From Anaerolineae bacterium (GTDB lineage Bacteria > Chloroflexota > Anaerolineae > UBA1429), in NCBI GenBank assembly GCA_963675785.1, contig OY776562.1, positions 32,001 to 96,000 of the forward strand: DNA of 64,000 nt, in the 5' to 3' direction. Of this stretch, positions 48,918 to 59,231 are shown piece by piece; the first letter of the stretch is position 1, and the number at the start of each line of letters is the position of its first letter. A program made the translations under genes and the position numbers. The notes under the pieces were generated by a model that saw nothing but the letters and a program-made list of their open reading frames with translations, ran no database searches and was not told the origin of the DNA.

Positions 48918-51245
48918 ATGGTCAAGTTTGCTGCGCAGTGTCTCGATGGCATCTATCGGATGGCTTATATGCCGCAGAAAGAATATGCTTCTTGTGCGAT
49001 CGAGTTCAATACCATGGCTGCGCTTGAGGAGCACGATTGTTCAATCATCCCTGCTACGGTTCCTGGTAATTCCGAGCTCGACCTGCAGGCCGCTGGCCTC
49101 ATCGATGAACCTTTTTACGGCAGCAATATCATCGAGCTGCAAAAGTACGAGAACTATCATGTGTTCTATTCCAAAACCTTTGACTATACGCCGAACGGAA
49201 GCGATCCTCAGCTTTACTTTGAGGGCATCGACACCTTCGCTGATATCTATTTGAACGGCGTATTGCTTGGCCATACTGAAAACATGCTCATCCCTCACCA
49301 AATGAGAGCCACAAGCACGGTAGAGGGTGAAAACGAGCTGTTCGTCCATATCTACCCGACTTGCATCAAGGCTCGCAAGCATGATCTCGGCGCGGCGGAT
49401 AATGCTATGCGCTATACCTATGACTCGCTACTGGTGCGTAAGGCGGCCCACATGTTCGGCTGGGATATCATGCCGCGCGCCGTCTCGGCTGGCCTCTGGC
49501 GTTCTGTGTCGCTGCTCTCTGTTCCTAACCACTATGTTCGCGAAGCTTATTTGATGACTAACCGCCTCTCTGCTGACCAAGATCGAGCTTACTGTGAACT
49601 CTTTTATCGATTCGAGATCGGCGATGATCCCATCAAAGGATATTCTTTCACCCTGACAGCCGATTGTGGCGAATCCCATGTTCAGGTTAGTGATGTGCTC
49701 TGGTTTACCCAGGGCAAGCTGCGTTTCGAAATTGAGAATCCCAAATTATGGTGGCCAGTGGGGCGAGGCGACCAGAACCTCTACACCGTCACCATCACCC
49801 TCTTGTTCGAGGGAGCGCCTGTGGCTAGCGACACATTCCGCACGGGCATCCGCACCACTAAGCTGCGCCGCAGTGAGATTCTCAATGAAAACGGCGAGGG
49901 CGAATTCTGCTTTGTCATCAATGGTGAACGGATTTTCATCAAGGGTTCCAACTGGGTACCGGCCGATGCTTATCATTCTCGCGATCGAGAGCGCATTCCG
50001 GCCATGCTCGATTTGTGGACTGAAATTGGCTGCAACGCGTTACGTAGCTGGGGCGGTGGCGTCTATGAGGACGACCTTTTCTACGACATCTGTGACGAAA
50101 AGGGGATCATCGTTTGGGCCGACTTTGCCATGGGCTGCGGATCATATCCTCAGACCGAGAACATGCAAAAAGCTCTATATCACGAGGCCGAGGTCATTAT
50201 CAAAAAGCTGCGGCACCACCCTTCTATTTGTTTGTGGGCAGGCGATAATGAGAACGATTACTTTATGGCTTACAACTATGGCACCGATCCGAACCTCAAT
50301 CTGTTGACTCGTAAGGTGTTGCCCGAAGCCATCCGTCGTCACGACCCGATACGGCCATTTCTCCCCAGTTCTCCCTATGTATCGCCTGCGGCTTGGACCG
50401 CTCATGATAGCAAGTTATTGCCAGAGAACCATCTTTGGGGGCCGCGAGACTATTTCAAAAGCGATTTCTACCGCCAAGCATCGGCATTGTTTGCGAGTGA
50501 GATGGGCTACCATGGCTGCCCTTCGCCTCGGTCGGTGAGGCGCTTTTTGCCGCCCGAGAGCGTCTGGACCGACTATTGCGATAACGCCGACTGGCTAACT
50601 CACGCCGCCTCGCCGGACTTGGATGGTCCCTACGCCTATCGCAATGAGCTGATGCGCAAGCATGTCAAGACTTTGTGGGGTATCGATCATTGTGAGAGCT
50701 TGGATCAGTTCGCACGCGCTAGTCAGATATCCCAGGCCGAGGCTAAAAAGTATTTCATCGAGCGCTTTCGCGCGAAAAAGTGGCATCGCACTGGCGTCAT
50801 TTGGTGGAACATCATCGATGGGTGGCCCCAATTCTCGGATGCCGTCGTCGATTACTATTTCACGAAAAAGCTGGCTTTTTCCTACATCAAGCGTTCGCAG
50901 AATCCTCTTTGTTTTATGATGGATGAGCCACAGGATGAAGAGCTACCTTTGGTAGCTAGCAACGATACGCGTTTCGATCAGGATACGACCTATCACGTTT
51001 TTACACTAGAGGATGGCGCCAAACATCTCGTCGACTCTGGGAGAGTGTGCGTCAGAGCTGATTCAGCCCAATGTGTGAGCAGACTGCCCTATGATGGCTT
51101 GGCCCAGACTTTTTATTATATCGAGTGGGATAACGATCAGTATGCGGGGAATAATCACTTTTTAGCGGGTCGTCCACCATACGATTTAGTCTGGTACTTT
51201 GATATCATTCGCCGTCTGGGCTATGATCAGTTCGAGGGATTCTAA
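48918..51245 (+). CDS. GH2 beta-mannosidase-like glycosidase
   Basis: FEGIDT, FGWD, KGSNWVPAD, RSWGGG, HPSI-x-LW-x-GDNE, FASEMG. Confidence 0.9.
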   Translation: MVKFAAQCLDGIYRMAYMPQKEYASCAIEFNTMAALEEHDCSIIPATVPGNSELDLQAAGLIDEPFYGSNIIELQKYENYHVFYSKTFDYTPNGSDPQLYFEGIDTFADIYLNGVLLGHTENMLIPHQMRATSTVEGENELFVHIYPTCIKARKHDLGAADNAMRYTYDSLLVRKAAHMFGWDIMPRAVSAGLWRSVSLLSVPNHYVREAYLMTNRLSADQDRAYCELFYRFEIGDDPIKGYSFTLTADCGESHVQVSDVLWFTQGKLRFEIENPKLWWPVGRGDQNLYTVTITLLFEGAPVASDTFRTGIRTTKLRRSEILNENGEGEFCFVINGERIFIKGSNWVPADAYHSRDRERIPAMLDLWTEIGCNALRSWGGGVYEDDLFYDICDEKGIIVWADFAMGCGSYPQTENMQKALYHEAEVIIKKLRHHPSICLWAGDNENDYFMAYNYGTDPNLNLLTRKVLPEAIRRHDPIRPFLPSSPYVSPAAWTAHDSKLLPENHLWGPRDYFKSDFYRQASALFASEMGYHGCPSPRSVRRFLPPESVWTDYCDNADWLTHAASPDLDGPYAYRNELMRKHVKTLWGIDHCESLDQFARASQISQAEAKKYFIERFRAKKWHRTGVIWWNIIDGWPQFSDAVVDYYFTKKLAFSYIKRSQNPLCFMMDEPQDEELPLVASNDTRFDQDTTYHVFTLEDGAKHLVDSGRVCVRADSAQCVSRLPYDGLAQTFYYIEWDNDQYAGNNHFLAGRPPYDLVWYFDIIRRLGYDQFEGF

Positions 51246-51333
51246 GCGACTTTTTCCGATTTCTGTTGAAACGATAAAAGGAGGAGAGTTGGATGAACAG
51301 CGCTCCTCCTTTTCTAATACGCGCGCTCTAGGT

Positions 51334-52254
51334 CTACTGTTGATCGATAAGTTTTATGGTGACAATATCCCCTTGCTCGCAGTGCCCGTCACTATCAAAA
51401 GTAACCTGCATGGGGAACCCTTCATAATAGACTCGTTCATCGGTGTCAAAATCTGTGACCACGATAAGACCACTCCAGTGTTGCATCATGTCATCGACGA
51501 AAAAGGGTGTGTCCCAATATTGAAATGGCCTGCAAATACGCCCCAAACCTTCCATACCGATCCCGTCGGATGCTGTGTCGCTGGGCTTTTTCACTGTGAC
51601 CACGTAAGCATCACTGGGCGTATAACCATCTTCAAAAGTGAGCTTGATGACAAAGGTGGCATCGGGAAAGGTAAGGGATACGACGCCGTCAGGGTATTTA
51701 TCCGTGATATCCACGTCAATCTGCCCTTTTTCGGCATAGTAGGGCAATTCCCAACTCATGTCCTCATCATCATTGGGTATAAATTGAACCAGGGTCTCCT
51801 CATTTAGAGGATTGCGCAAGTAGATGTCCTCTTGCGTGGTAACGACGAGTTGCAGGCTATTATCTTGGCTTTTCTCGATCTGATAGGCCAAGTTATCATT
51901 GTATCGCAGATCTATGGTAACTGCGCCATTCTCATCTGTTTCAAGTGGTGTACAACCTTGCTTGGCTGCGCCTGGCTCTGTGGGCAGGGTCCCTGGCTGA
52001 ATCAAAAAAACGAGATACGAGTCATCTTTATCTTCTGGATTGGTGAGGTTTGTCTGGATGGTCAATGTCGTATAGCCGAGTTCCTCGTTCACCTCGGCAT
52101 CATCATCTACTGCGTCGCTAATGGTTGTGGCTGTGGAAGAGACTGTCGCGTTCGTATTGCTTTGTGGCGTGATCGTAGGGTTTTGTTCTTTGGGAGAACA
52201 GCCCGCCAATAATAATGAAGTGATGAGCATAAATGTGAACAGGCTTTTTTTCAT
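51334..52254 (-). CDS. Acidic lipoprotein of unknown function
   Basis: Lipobox LLAGC and a T/S/N-rich linker. Confidence 0.75.
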   Translation of the reverse strand: MKKSLFTFMLITSLLLAGCSPKEQNPTITPQSNTNATVSSTATTISDAVDDDAEVNEELGYTTLTIQTNLTNPEDKDDSYLVFLIQPGTLPTEPGAAKQGCTPLETDENGAVTIDLRYNDNLAYQIEKSQDNSLQLVVTTQEDIYLRNPLNEETLVQFIPNDDEDMSWELPYYAEKGQIDVDITDKYPDGVVSLTFPDATFVIKLTFEDGYTPSDAYVVTVKKPSDTASDGIGMEGLGRICRPFQYWDTPFFVDDMMQHWSGLIVVTDFDTDERVYYEGFPMQVTFDSDGHCEQGDIVTIKLIDQQ

Positions 52255-52415
52255 GCGTCTTTCTCATGGCTTATTGCGGGGAATTGAGCCCCAGGTCGGA
52301 TAACCTTAACAATCTAGCATAGCCTTAACATTCCTTCAATAGTAATGGACATACAAAAGGTTTCATATAGAATCCAAACACTGCGATGATGGAACAACCA
52401 AGGAGGACGTGAAGA

Positions 52416-53303
52416 ATGACGCCAAGACTACAGCAGTGTGCCCAGCGCTTGTTCGACCTCTATTTACGAGACGCGCCCCGAGCGGCAGTGATTCATGATG
52501 CGGCCTTTGGCGAGTTAGCTCAGGCGATAGGACTTTTGGGACCGTTTGAATCGTTCCTGATTAACGATAGTGCTCAGACCGAAACAGCCGTCCAGTATAG
52601 TTTGGATGAAGCTTTTCCCACGCTCGTGTTGGTCGAGCCGAACAGCTATGTGAAGATGACCCTTTACAAGTGGTTGGATTTCAGCTTGGGCGCCCCACAT
52701 ATCGCCAACCTGAATGCGCCTTCCGCCATTTGTGTCTTTCCTCTTGAGAGCACCTATCGCATTTTCTCCTCGGATGCCGAGGCCGATGCTCGTGCCAAAG
52801 GGCAACTCTTGAGCGACCTTGAGGCAAACAGCGCTTATTCGGTGACCACCGAGAATGGCACATCTTTGCGTTTTATCTCGCGCCATTGGATCGACGATGG
52901 CTATGAGGTACTCACTGCACCCATCGAAAGCTCGGTCGAGGGCGTAATTGCGGTAGATGGTGCTCTCTTTTTCCAAAGGATCGATAGCACTCTTGAGTTC
53001 ATCATTGAGGCAGGTAAAATCGTCGACATCAAGCCGCGTGATGGGCGGGGGCATGAACTGGTAGAGCAGTACAAGCGGATGACAGCTTCTGATTTTCGAG
53101 ACCCCGTGAACATACAGTTAGCTGAGGTGGGCATTGGTTGCAACACTGGGGCCATCATCAGCGATTGTTTTATGGAAGCCGAGATGGTCTATGGCACCTG
53201 TCATTTCTGCTTTGGTAATAACGCTTGTTATGGGGGTGATAATCCCAGTGATTTTCATGGCGCTTCTGTGCTGATCAAATCTCCCGTTTTTACGCGCCTC
53301 TAA
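52416..53303 (+). CDS. Aminopeptidase T (M29)-like protein
   Basis: EVLTAP, GVIAVDG, AEVGIG-x-N, E-x-EMVYGT-x-HF-x-FGNN, GG-x-N-x-SDFH. Confidence 0.65.
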   Translation: MTPRLQQCAQRLFDLYLRDAPRAAVIHDAAFGELAQAIGLLGPFESFLINDSAQTETAVQYSLDEAFPTLVLVEPNSYVKMTLYKWLDFSLGAPHIANLNAPSAICVFPLESTYRIFSSDAEADARAKGQLLSDLEANSAYSVTTENGTSLRFISRHWIDDGYEVLTAPIESSVEGVIAVDGALFFQRIDSTLEFIIEAGKIVDIKPRDGRGHELVEQYKRMTASDFRDPVNIQLAEVGIGCNTGAIISDCFMEAEMVYGTCHFCFGNNACYGGDNPSDFHGASVLIKSPVFTRL

Positions 53304-53319
53304 AAAGGAGTCTATTTCC

Positions 53320-53955
53320 GTGTTGAATGAACAGGGCTTTGATTTGTGGGCCGATGGTTTTGATGTGAGCGTTCAGTCAAGTGAAGAAGCCAATGCCTAT
53401 CCCTTTGCTGGTTATAAGGATGTGTTGAACGCCGTCTATCGGACTGTGCATACCAAAGGGGTGGCTCGCGTCTTGGATATTGGCTTTGGCACGGGTGTCT
53501 TGACCCAAAGGCTGTATGATGAGAGCTATGAGATCTATGGCGTCGATTTCTCTAGTCGCATGATTGAAATTGCCCAGGCCAAGATGCCTTGTGCCCATTT
53601 GTATCAGTATGATTTTTCTGAAGGGCTGCCGCCAGCACTGGATGGTTTGCAGTTTGATTTCATTATCAGCACCTATGCGTTGCACCATCTGAGTGATCCT
53701 CAAAAGGTTACTTTTCTAGAGTTATTGCGAGATCATTTAGCGAAGGATGGCCGCATTCTCATTGGCGATGTGGCCTTTGAAAGCCGGAACCTTTTGGAAG
53801 CCTGTCAGCGTCAAGCAGGGGAAGGCTGGGACTCGGACGAGATATATATCGTCCATGATGAACTAGCGAGCTACTATCCGGATGGAGACCTGTGTTTTCA
53901 GGCCTTTTCCCACTGTGCAGGCGTTATCGAATTGGGTCCCCGTGTAACGAGATGA
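53320..53955 (+). CDS. Class I SAM methyltransferase
   Basis: VLDIGFGTG, GVDFS, STYALHHL. Confidence 0.9.
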   Translation: MLNEQGFDLWADGFDVSVQSSEEANAYPFAGYKDVLNAVYRTVHTKGVARVLDIGFGTGVLTQRLYDESYEIYGVDFSSRMIEIAQAKMPCAHLYQYDFSEGLPPALDGLQFDFIISTYALHHLSDPQKVTFLELLRDHLAKDGRILIGDVAFESRNLLEACQRQAGEGWDSDEIYIVHDELASYYPDGDLCFQAFSHCAGVIELGPRVTR

Positions 53956-53959
53956 GGTG

Positions 53960-54547
53960 ATGATGCGAGTCCCTACGATTGAACAAGCCGAGGCTCTGCT
54001 TGTCAAAGCACAAGAGCTGAACCTGGGCGTTTGGGTTGACCATAGCAGAGTAGCAGGAAATTGCGCACGCGCTATAGCGAATGCTTGTCCGGATCTCGAT
54101 CCAGATTCATCTTATGTGATGGCTCTCTTGCATGATATCGGCCGTCGCTTTGGCGTAACCGATATGCGCCACATTATCGATGGTTATCAATTTTTGCAGG
54201 AACTTGGTTTTACGGATGCTGCTCGCATTTGCTTAACCCACTCTTTTTCTTATCAGGACATTGCAGCATACAGTGGTAAGAACGATTGTACACCTGAAGA
54301 AACGGCTTTCATTATCGATTATCTGGCAACCTGCCAGTACGATGACTATGACCGACTCGTACAGCTCTGTGATGTGCTGGCTTATCCTACGGGGTCGGTG
54401 TACATCGAAAAGCGCCTGGTGGATGTTGTCCTACGCCACGGTTTCAACGATCTTACTCTCGAAAAGTGGAAGGCGTTCCTTGCCCTAAAAGGCTATTTTG
54501 ATGAGATGGCAGACACAGATATTTATCGCCTTGTGGGGGTGTGCTGA
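53960..54547 (+). CDS. HD-domain phosphohydrolase
   Basis: HS, LLHDIGRR, H-x-x-x-GY, THSF, QLCD. Confidence 0.88.
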   Translation: MMRVPTIEQAEALLVKAQELNLGVWVDHSRVAGNCARAIANACPDLDPDSSYVMALLHDIGRRFGVTDMRHIIDGYQFLQELGFTDAARICLTHSFSYQDIAAYSGKNDCTPEETAFIIDYLATCQYDDYDRLVQLCDVLAYPTGSVYIEKRLVDVVLRHGFNDLTLEKWKAFLALKGYFDEMADTDIYRLVGVC

Positions 54548-54655
54548 TACTTGAGCGGTCTCTCATAGACGCGATGCCAGATCGACCTCGGAATACCATA
54601 TGTAGATCTCGCAGCAATCTTGCCCTTCCGCTTAAAGATTCGGCTTTTTGCCTAC

Positions 54656-54720
54656 TTGACAGGGTATTCGTTTTCTGACAAAATATGAACGAACGTTCAT
54701 TAACTAACTAACTAACTAAC
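54656..54720 (+). promoter_or_regulatory. Promoter, palindromic operator and (TAAC)5 repeat
   Basis: TTGACA-17 nt-CAAAAT; ATGAACGAACGTTCAT; TAAC x5. Confidence 0.65.
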
Positions 54721-54740
54721 TATCTTGGTGAGGAGAATGA

Positions 54741-55382
54741 ATGGATAAAAAAGCTGTTTTCGAAACGCTGATCGAAGAGGCGACATCAACTAAAGAGCGA
54801 CTTTTCTACAGCGCAGTGTATCTCTTTTCTATCAAGGGCTATGCCAATGTGGGGATTCGAGCGCTGTGCAGTTCGCTGAATATGCAGCAAAGCGCTTTTT
54901 ACAATCATTACAGCAGCAAGGAGGAACTCTTTGAGGCGATTCTTGCTCGCTTTGCAGAATTGAGCAGCCAAGTCGTTTTTACAGAGCAAGAAATCGATGA
55001 TGTGGTGTGTTCGGGAGATGTAGCCTTGTTTTTCATCGAAAACATGAAAAAGTTCAGCGCCAGTACCGGCAGTCCACTTTATCACACACTGCTTCAAATC
55101 GTGCTGATGGAGAGTTACACCAATCCCATCGCCCACGAGATTGCCCGGCACAATCTCTACTACCTTCGCAAGGGTTATACCGAACAGGTTCTGTCCAGAA
55201 TGATGGAGGCCGGGGATATCAAGCCCTGCAATGTCGAGGTGGTTGCTGCCGAGTATTACTATGCGCTCATTGGGTTTTTCGATGAATATCTCTTGAATGA
55301 GGTTTGGGGCGAGAGCACCGATGTCATCGACAAGCGAATTGAGGAGCACATTCGTTTCTTTGTAGAGCTTTTGAAAAAGTAG
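54741..55382 (+). CDS. TetR/AcrR regulator
   Basis: TKERL...LFS-x-KGY...SAFYNHYSSKEELF. Confidence 0.92.
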   Translation: MDKKAVFETLIEEATSTKERLFYSAVYLFSIKGYANVGIRALCSSLNMQQSAFYNHYSSKEELFEAILARFAELSSQVVFTEQEIDDVVCSGDVALFFIENMKKFSASTGSPLYHTLLQIVLMESYTNPIAHEIARHNLYYLRKGYTEQVLSRMMEAGDIKPCNVEVVAAEYYYALIGFFDEYLLNEVWGESTDVIDKRIEEHIRFFVELLKK

Positions 55383-55401
55383 TGGCAGCAGGAGTTTCAG
55401 A

Positions 55402-56046
55402 ATGAGCACAGTGATTTATGGAAAAGCTTGATCTGGACGAAAAGTATGTCTTTGCCGTTTGCACCTATGGTGATAGCCCTTGTATCGCGCTAGAAGAGCT
55501 AGAGCAGCTTGTCGAATCTTGCGAGAGCAAGCTTTCGGCAGGTTTTGCCGTCAGAATGCCCTACAATTAGGTTAATCCTTCCAGAATACACCGCTTTTTA
55601 GTTCGTTCGCATTGCGCAATGTGCCCGAGGTCTCTTGTCAGGAGATGTTTGTGGCTTGGCACGAAACATTGCCGACTATTGCCAAGCTGGTTCAGGCTCG
55701 TGGACTCGGCGAGGTAATCATTGAGCATTGAGGGACCGAGCTCTCTTACGTGGAGAGCATCCAATTGATGGATCATGGCTTTAGCAGCAATAGTACTTGT
55801 ATCGGCTGTGGCACTTGTCAAAGGGTGTGCCCGGTGGGGAATATCGAGATAGTGGGTAGTCAGCCTGTATGGCAGCATCGTTGCGAGAAATGCTTTGCCT
55901 GCTTGCAGTGGTGTCCCCAAGAGGCCGTTCAGTTTGGCACGGCTACGGTGGGCCAAAAGCGTTATCATCACCCAAAGGTTCGTTTATCCGAGACGATGAG
56001 CGACCATGGGGAGGGTAGGAAATTAACCAAGGAGAATTTTGAATGA
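55402..56046 (+). pseudogene. EFR1-type flavodoxin-ferredoxin, degraded
   Basis: KYVFAVCTYG, MPYN*, stops and frameshifts, intact CIGCGTCQRVCP / CEKCFACLQWCP, RYHHP. Confidence 0.8.
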
Positions 56047-56408
56047 GCAAGGTAATTGGGGCAGGCGTGTTATTTCTGTTGACGGGAGGGCTGGGCATTT
56101 GCTTGAGTAGTTCGGGCAAGCCTTACGGCACATTGATTTTCACAATCCACAAGCTCGTGGGGCTGGCGGCTGTGATATTCGCTGTCATCGTGGTTCGCAA
56201 TTTACTGCAGGGAGCTGGTATCGAAGGAACGGCCATGACGCTGATCATTGTCACGGGCGCTTCCATCCTGGCTCTGTTTGTGACCGGCGGTTTATTGGGG
56301 GCCGAGAAGGAGCCTTACATGTTGCTAAGGGTGGTGCACATTGTGGCAACGTGTCTGGCACTCCCTTCTGTGGGGGCGCTTTTCTATCTGCTGGGATTCA
56401 AGAAATAG
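56043..56408 (+). CDS. Small 4-TM membrane protein
   Basis: GKPY-x-x-x-x-FT-x-HKL; second His in the last TM. Confidence 0.7.
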   Translation: MSKVIGAGVLFLLTGGLGICLSSSGKPYGTLIFTIHKLVGLAAVIFAVIVVRNLLQGAGIEGTAMTLIIVTGASILALFVTGGLLGAEKEPYMLLRVVHIVATCLALPSVGALFYLLGFKK

Positions 56409-56567
56409 ATGGTATCGATCTGGTCGTTTTCTGTCTGGCACTGTGTTTAGGCACATAGTAAAATGCTATATGAGTTTGATTGGGAGGTGGCAATTGCAAA
56501 TGCCACCTCTTATTCTAGATAAGCACAATATACAACGAATGCCAGTGATTATTTTCGAGGGCAGAGT

Positions 56568-56987
56568 ATGAGCCAGGTATTTCAGCGTTGCGGCGCGAGT
56601 GTGATTGTCTACAAAGGCGACCAGGTGTTGTTGCAACAACGCAAGGATAATCGCTGCTGGGCCTACCATGGTGGATGCGTCGAGTTGGGCGAGAATGTCG
56701 AGCAAGCGGCTAGGCGAGAACTGTTTGAGGAGACTGGGCTTGTTGCTGAGGAGCTCGATTTTTTCGGTATTTATTCGGGTCCCGAACAGCATCACATCTA
56801 TCCCGATGGTAACGAGGTCTATTTTATCGATATTATCTATACTTGCACAGCCTTTACGGGTGAACTTTGTGCTCAATTAGCGGAATTACTCGATCTGAGG
56901 TGGTTTGCGTACGACGCCATTCCAAATGAGATCAGCCCGCCGATCAAAAGTGCGCTGCTGGATTTCATTCAGCAGCATTATGGCTGA
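56568..56987 (+). CDS. NUDIX hydrolase
   Basis: GG-x-VELGE-x-x-E-x-AARRELFEETGL. Confidence 0.93.
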   Translation: MSQVFQRCGASVIVYKGDQVLLQQRKDNRCWAYHGGCVELGENVEQAARRELFEETGLVAEELDFFGIYSGPEQHHIYPDGNEVYFIDIIYTCTAFTGELCAQLAELLDLRWFAYDAIPNEISPPIKSALLDFIQQHYG

Positions 56988-57014
56988 TGATCTTTCCTTG
57001 ATAGGAGGTCGCTG

Positions 57015-57578
57015 GTGCATCTCGTACTCATTCGCCATGGGGAACCCGACTATAGCGAGGTCAACGAAAGGCATTATCCTGGTTTTGGCAAGGATTTAGC
57101 CAAATTAACGCCTCAAGGCCTTGAACAGGCTGAGGCTGTCTCTCACAATGCCAGATTGCAGGGAGCACAGCTTATCGTTTCTTCGCCCTATACGCGTGCT
57201 CTACAAACAGCAGCCATCATCTCTAGAAACACCGGGTTGCCCATTCAAGTAGAGACCGATCTGCACGAGTGGATGCCAGATCTGACTTTTCAGTATGATA
57301 GCTGGGATTATGTAATGCGAGCTGTCGAGGAGTGTACCAAGTATCGAGGGCGCCGTGATGATAGCTGTTTATACCAGTGGGAGGACCTAGCCCATGTCGC
57401 CGAACGTGCCTATCGCTGCCTGGCAAACTATGCCCATTATGAAAAGCTCGTTATAGTGGCCCATGGTATGTTGATGCGTCAGTTCAAATTCGTGCCCGAG
57501 ATACCTTATTGCGGAATTCTAGAGCTAGAGTGGACGCCCGAAATGCCCTGGCCCGGGTTCATTGAGCGGCAGGATTAG
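57015..57578 (+). CDS. Histidine phosphatase (phosphoglycerate mutase family)
   Basis: RHGE, SSPYTRALQTA, VAHG. Confidence 0.92.
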   Translation: MHLVLIRHGEPDYSEVNERHYPGFGKDLAKLTPQGLEQAEAVSHNARLQGAQLIVSSPYTRALQTAAIISRNTGLPIQVETDLHEWMPDLTFQYDSWDYVMRAVEECTKYRGRRDDSCLYQWEDLAHVAERAYRCLANYAHYEKLVIVAHGMLMRQFKFVPEIPYCGILELEWTPEMPWPGFIERQD

Positions 57579-57601
57579 CTGGATTTAAGCAACGCTGGTA
57601 G

Positions 57602-58069
57602 GTGAAGACGATGATTACTTTTGGTAATACGATTACGGTTGAAGATTATTGCACGCTGCGCAAATCGGCCGGATGGCGCAAAATCGAGGATCGTCAAGCC
57701 CAAACGGGTCTGAATAATTCAGCCTATATCACTGTGGCCAGTGATGGTATCAAGACAGTGGGAATGGCCCGTGTGGTCAGTGATGGCGGCTATATCGCCC
57801 TCATCGCTGATGTGATTGTGTTGCCCGAATATCAAAATCGGGGCATTGGTCGGGCCCTCATGCACAATGTTGTGCGCTACATTGAGGATACGCTTTCGGA
57901 AGGACAGTGTGTTATGGTCAACCTGATGGCGGCCAAAGGCAAAGAGGGCTTTTACGAGAAATTCGGTTTTGTAGTGCGTCCCAACGATTCGGTAGGGGCC
58001 GGTATGCACCGCTGGGTCGAGGGACACGCCAACAGCCTACTTGATCAACGACACACTGGAACTGACTAG
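57602..58069 (+). CDS. GNAT acetyltransferase
   Basis: VGMAR, DVIVLPEYQNRGIG, FYEKFGF. Confidence 0.9.
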   Translation: MKTMITFGNTITVEDYCTLRKSAGWRKIEDRQAQTGLNNSAYITVASDGIKTVGMARVVSDGGYIALIADVIVLPEYQNRGIGRALMHNVVRYIEDTLSEGQCVMVNLMAAKGKEGFYEKFGFVVRPNDSVGAGMHRWVEGHANSLLDQRHTGTD

Positions 58070-58130
58070 ACTAAGGTTCAGTCCATTGGTGAGTGGGTTT
58101 AGTATCCTGGCTTGTAAAGGAAGGCAATCA

Positions 58131-58439
58131 ATGGACGAACTCTACCTCCTCGCACAGGGTTATAATTGCCGTTTTCCTCAAGGCGTTAATCCCTTTCAGA
58201 TGGTTACGCGGTTGCTTGAAGAGTGTGGCGAAGTGGCCAGCGAGGTCAATCATTGGGAAGGTAGTGGCGTCAAGAGGCAAAAACATGGCGAACCCTCGAA
58301 AGCACAATTAGCGAATGAGATTAGACAGGCTCTAGCTGCGCTAGCATCCATTGCTGCCTATTATTCAGTCGAAGAGGAGCTGCAAGTCTCCATTGATGAT
58401 TCTCTCTCTCGTATGAGGGCCGAGGGTCTCATTGATTGA
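58131..58439 (+). CDS. MazG-like all-alpha NTP pyrophosphohydrolase
   Basis: RLLEECGEVASEV...LANE. Confidence 0.65.
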   Translation: MDELYLLAQGYNCRFPQGVNPFQMVTRLLEECGEVASEVNHWEGSGVKRQKHGEPSKAQLANEIRQALAALASIAAYYSVEEELQVSIDDSLSRMRAEGLID

Positions 58440-58460
58440 ATGGTTTGATGAGGAACCCAT

Positions 58461-59201
58461 ATGAATGACGACATCTTGTACATCGAGGAACGTTCCTTAA
58501 ATGCCCACCCCGCTATAGAAACGCAGTTCTACGATGGCTGGGTGCTGCGCTTTGCTGGCGGTTACACCAAGCGGGCGAATTCCGTGAATCCCTTGTATGT
58601 GGGTGCTCTCCCTCTGGACGAAAAGATTGCCTTTTGCGAGGGGGTATACACACGGCAGGGCCTGCCCACGGTGTTCAAACTGACGCCCGCTTCGTCCGAG
58701 GGGTTGGACGAACTTTTGGCACGTAACGGCTATGAGGTGGTTGCTCCTACGAACGTCATGACACGCCCTTTGGCTGAGACGGATGCGGTCGATACTTTGG
58801 TGACTGTTGAGGATGAGATCGATGCGCGCTGGCAGCGCAGTTTTTTCGCCTTGAACGGGGTTACGGATAACGTCAAAATGGCCACAGCTTCTGCTATGAT
58901 GAGACATATTTTGCAGAATGTGCTCTGTGCCCGCATTGAGAAGGAGGGATGGATCGTCGCCTGTGGATTATGCGTGGTGGAACGTGGCTATGCCGGCCTC
59001 TATGATATTGTCGTAGATCCCCTCTGCCGCAAGCAGGGATATGGCTATCGGCTCTGCAGTGCTCTGTTAGGTTCGGCGTACAAACTGGGGGCACACAGCG
59101 CATATTTGCAAGTGGTTGCTGAAAACGCTCCAGCCATGGCTTTGTATGCAAAGTTGGGCTTTGTGTATCTGTATCAGTACTGGTACAGGGTCAAGAGCTG
59201 A
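58461..59201 (+). CDS. GNAT acetyltransferase
   Basis: DGWVLRF-x-x-GYTKRANS, RKQGYG, AYLQV-x-x-x-N-x-x-A-x-x-LY-x-KLGF. Confidence 0.9.
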   Translation: MNDDILYIEERSLNAHPAIETQFYDGWVLRFAGGYTKRANSVNPLYVGALPLDEKIAFCEGVYTRQGLPTVFKLTPASSEGLDELLARNGYEVVAPTNVMTRPLAETDAVDTLVTVEDEIDARWQRSFFALNGVTDNVKMATASAMMRHILQNVLCARIEKEGWIVACGLCVVERGYAGLYDIVVDPLCRKQGYGYRLCSALLGSAYKLGAHSAYLQVVAENAPAMALYAKLGFVYLYQYWYRVKS

Positions 59202-59231
59202 GAAAAGTACAAGACTTTGGGGGAGGAGGCA

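Noticed and set aside
55560-55735. Pyrrolysine/selenocysteine read-through at in-frame TAG/TGA in the EFR1 gene
   Set aside because: The gene also has deletions and frameshifts, so it is a simple pseudogene.
56484-56514. GAGGTGGCA/TGCCACCTC hairpin as a riboswitch
   Set aside because: It is a single stem with no recognisable aptamer and is adequately explained as a terminator.
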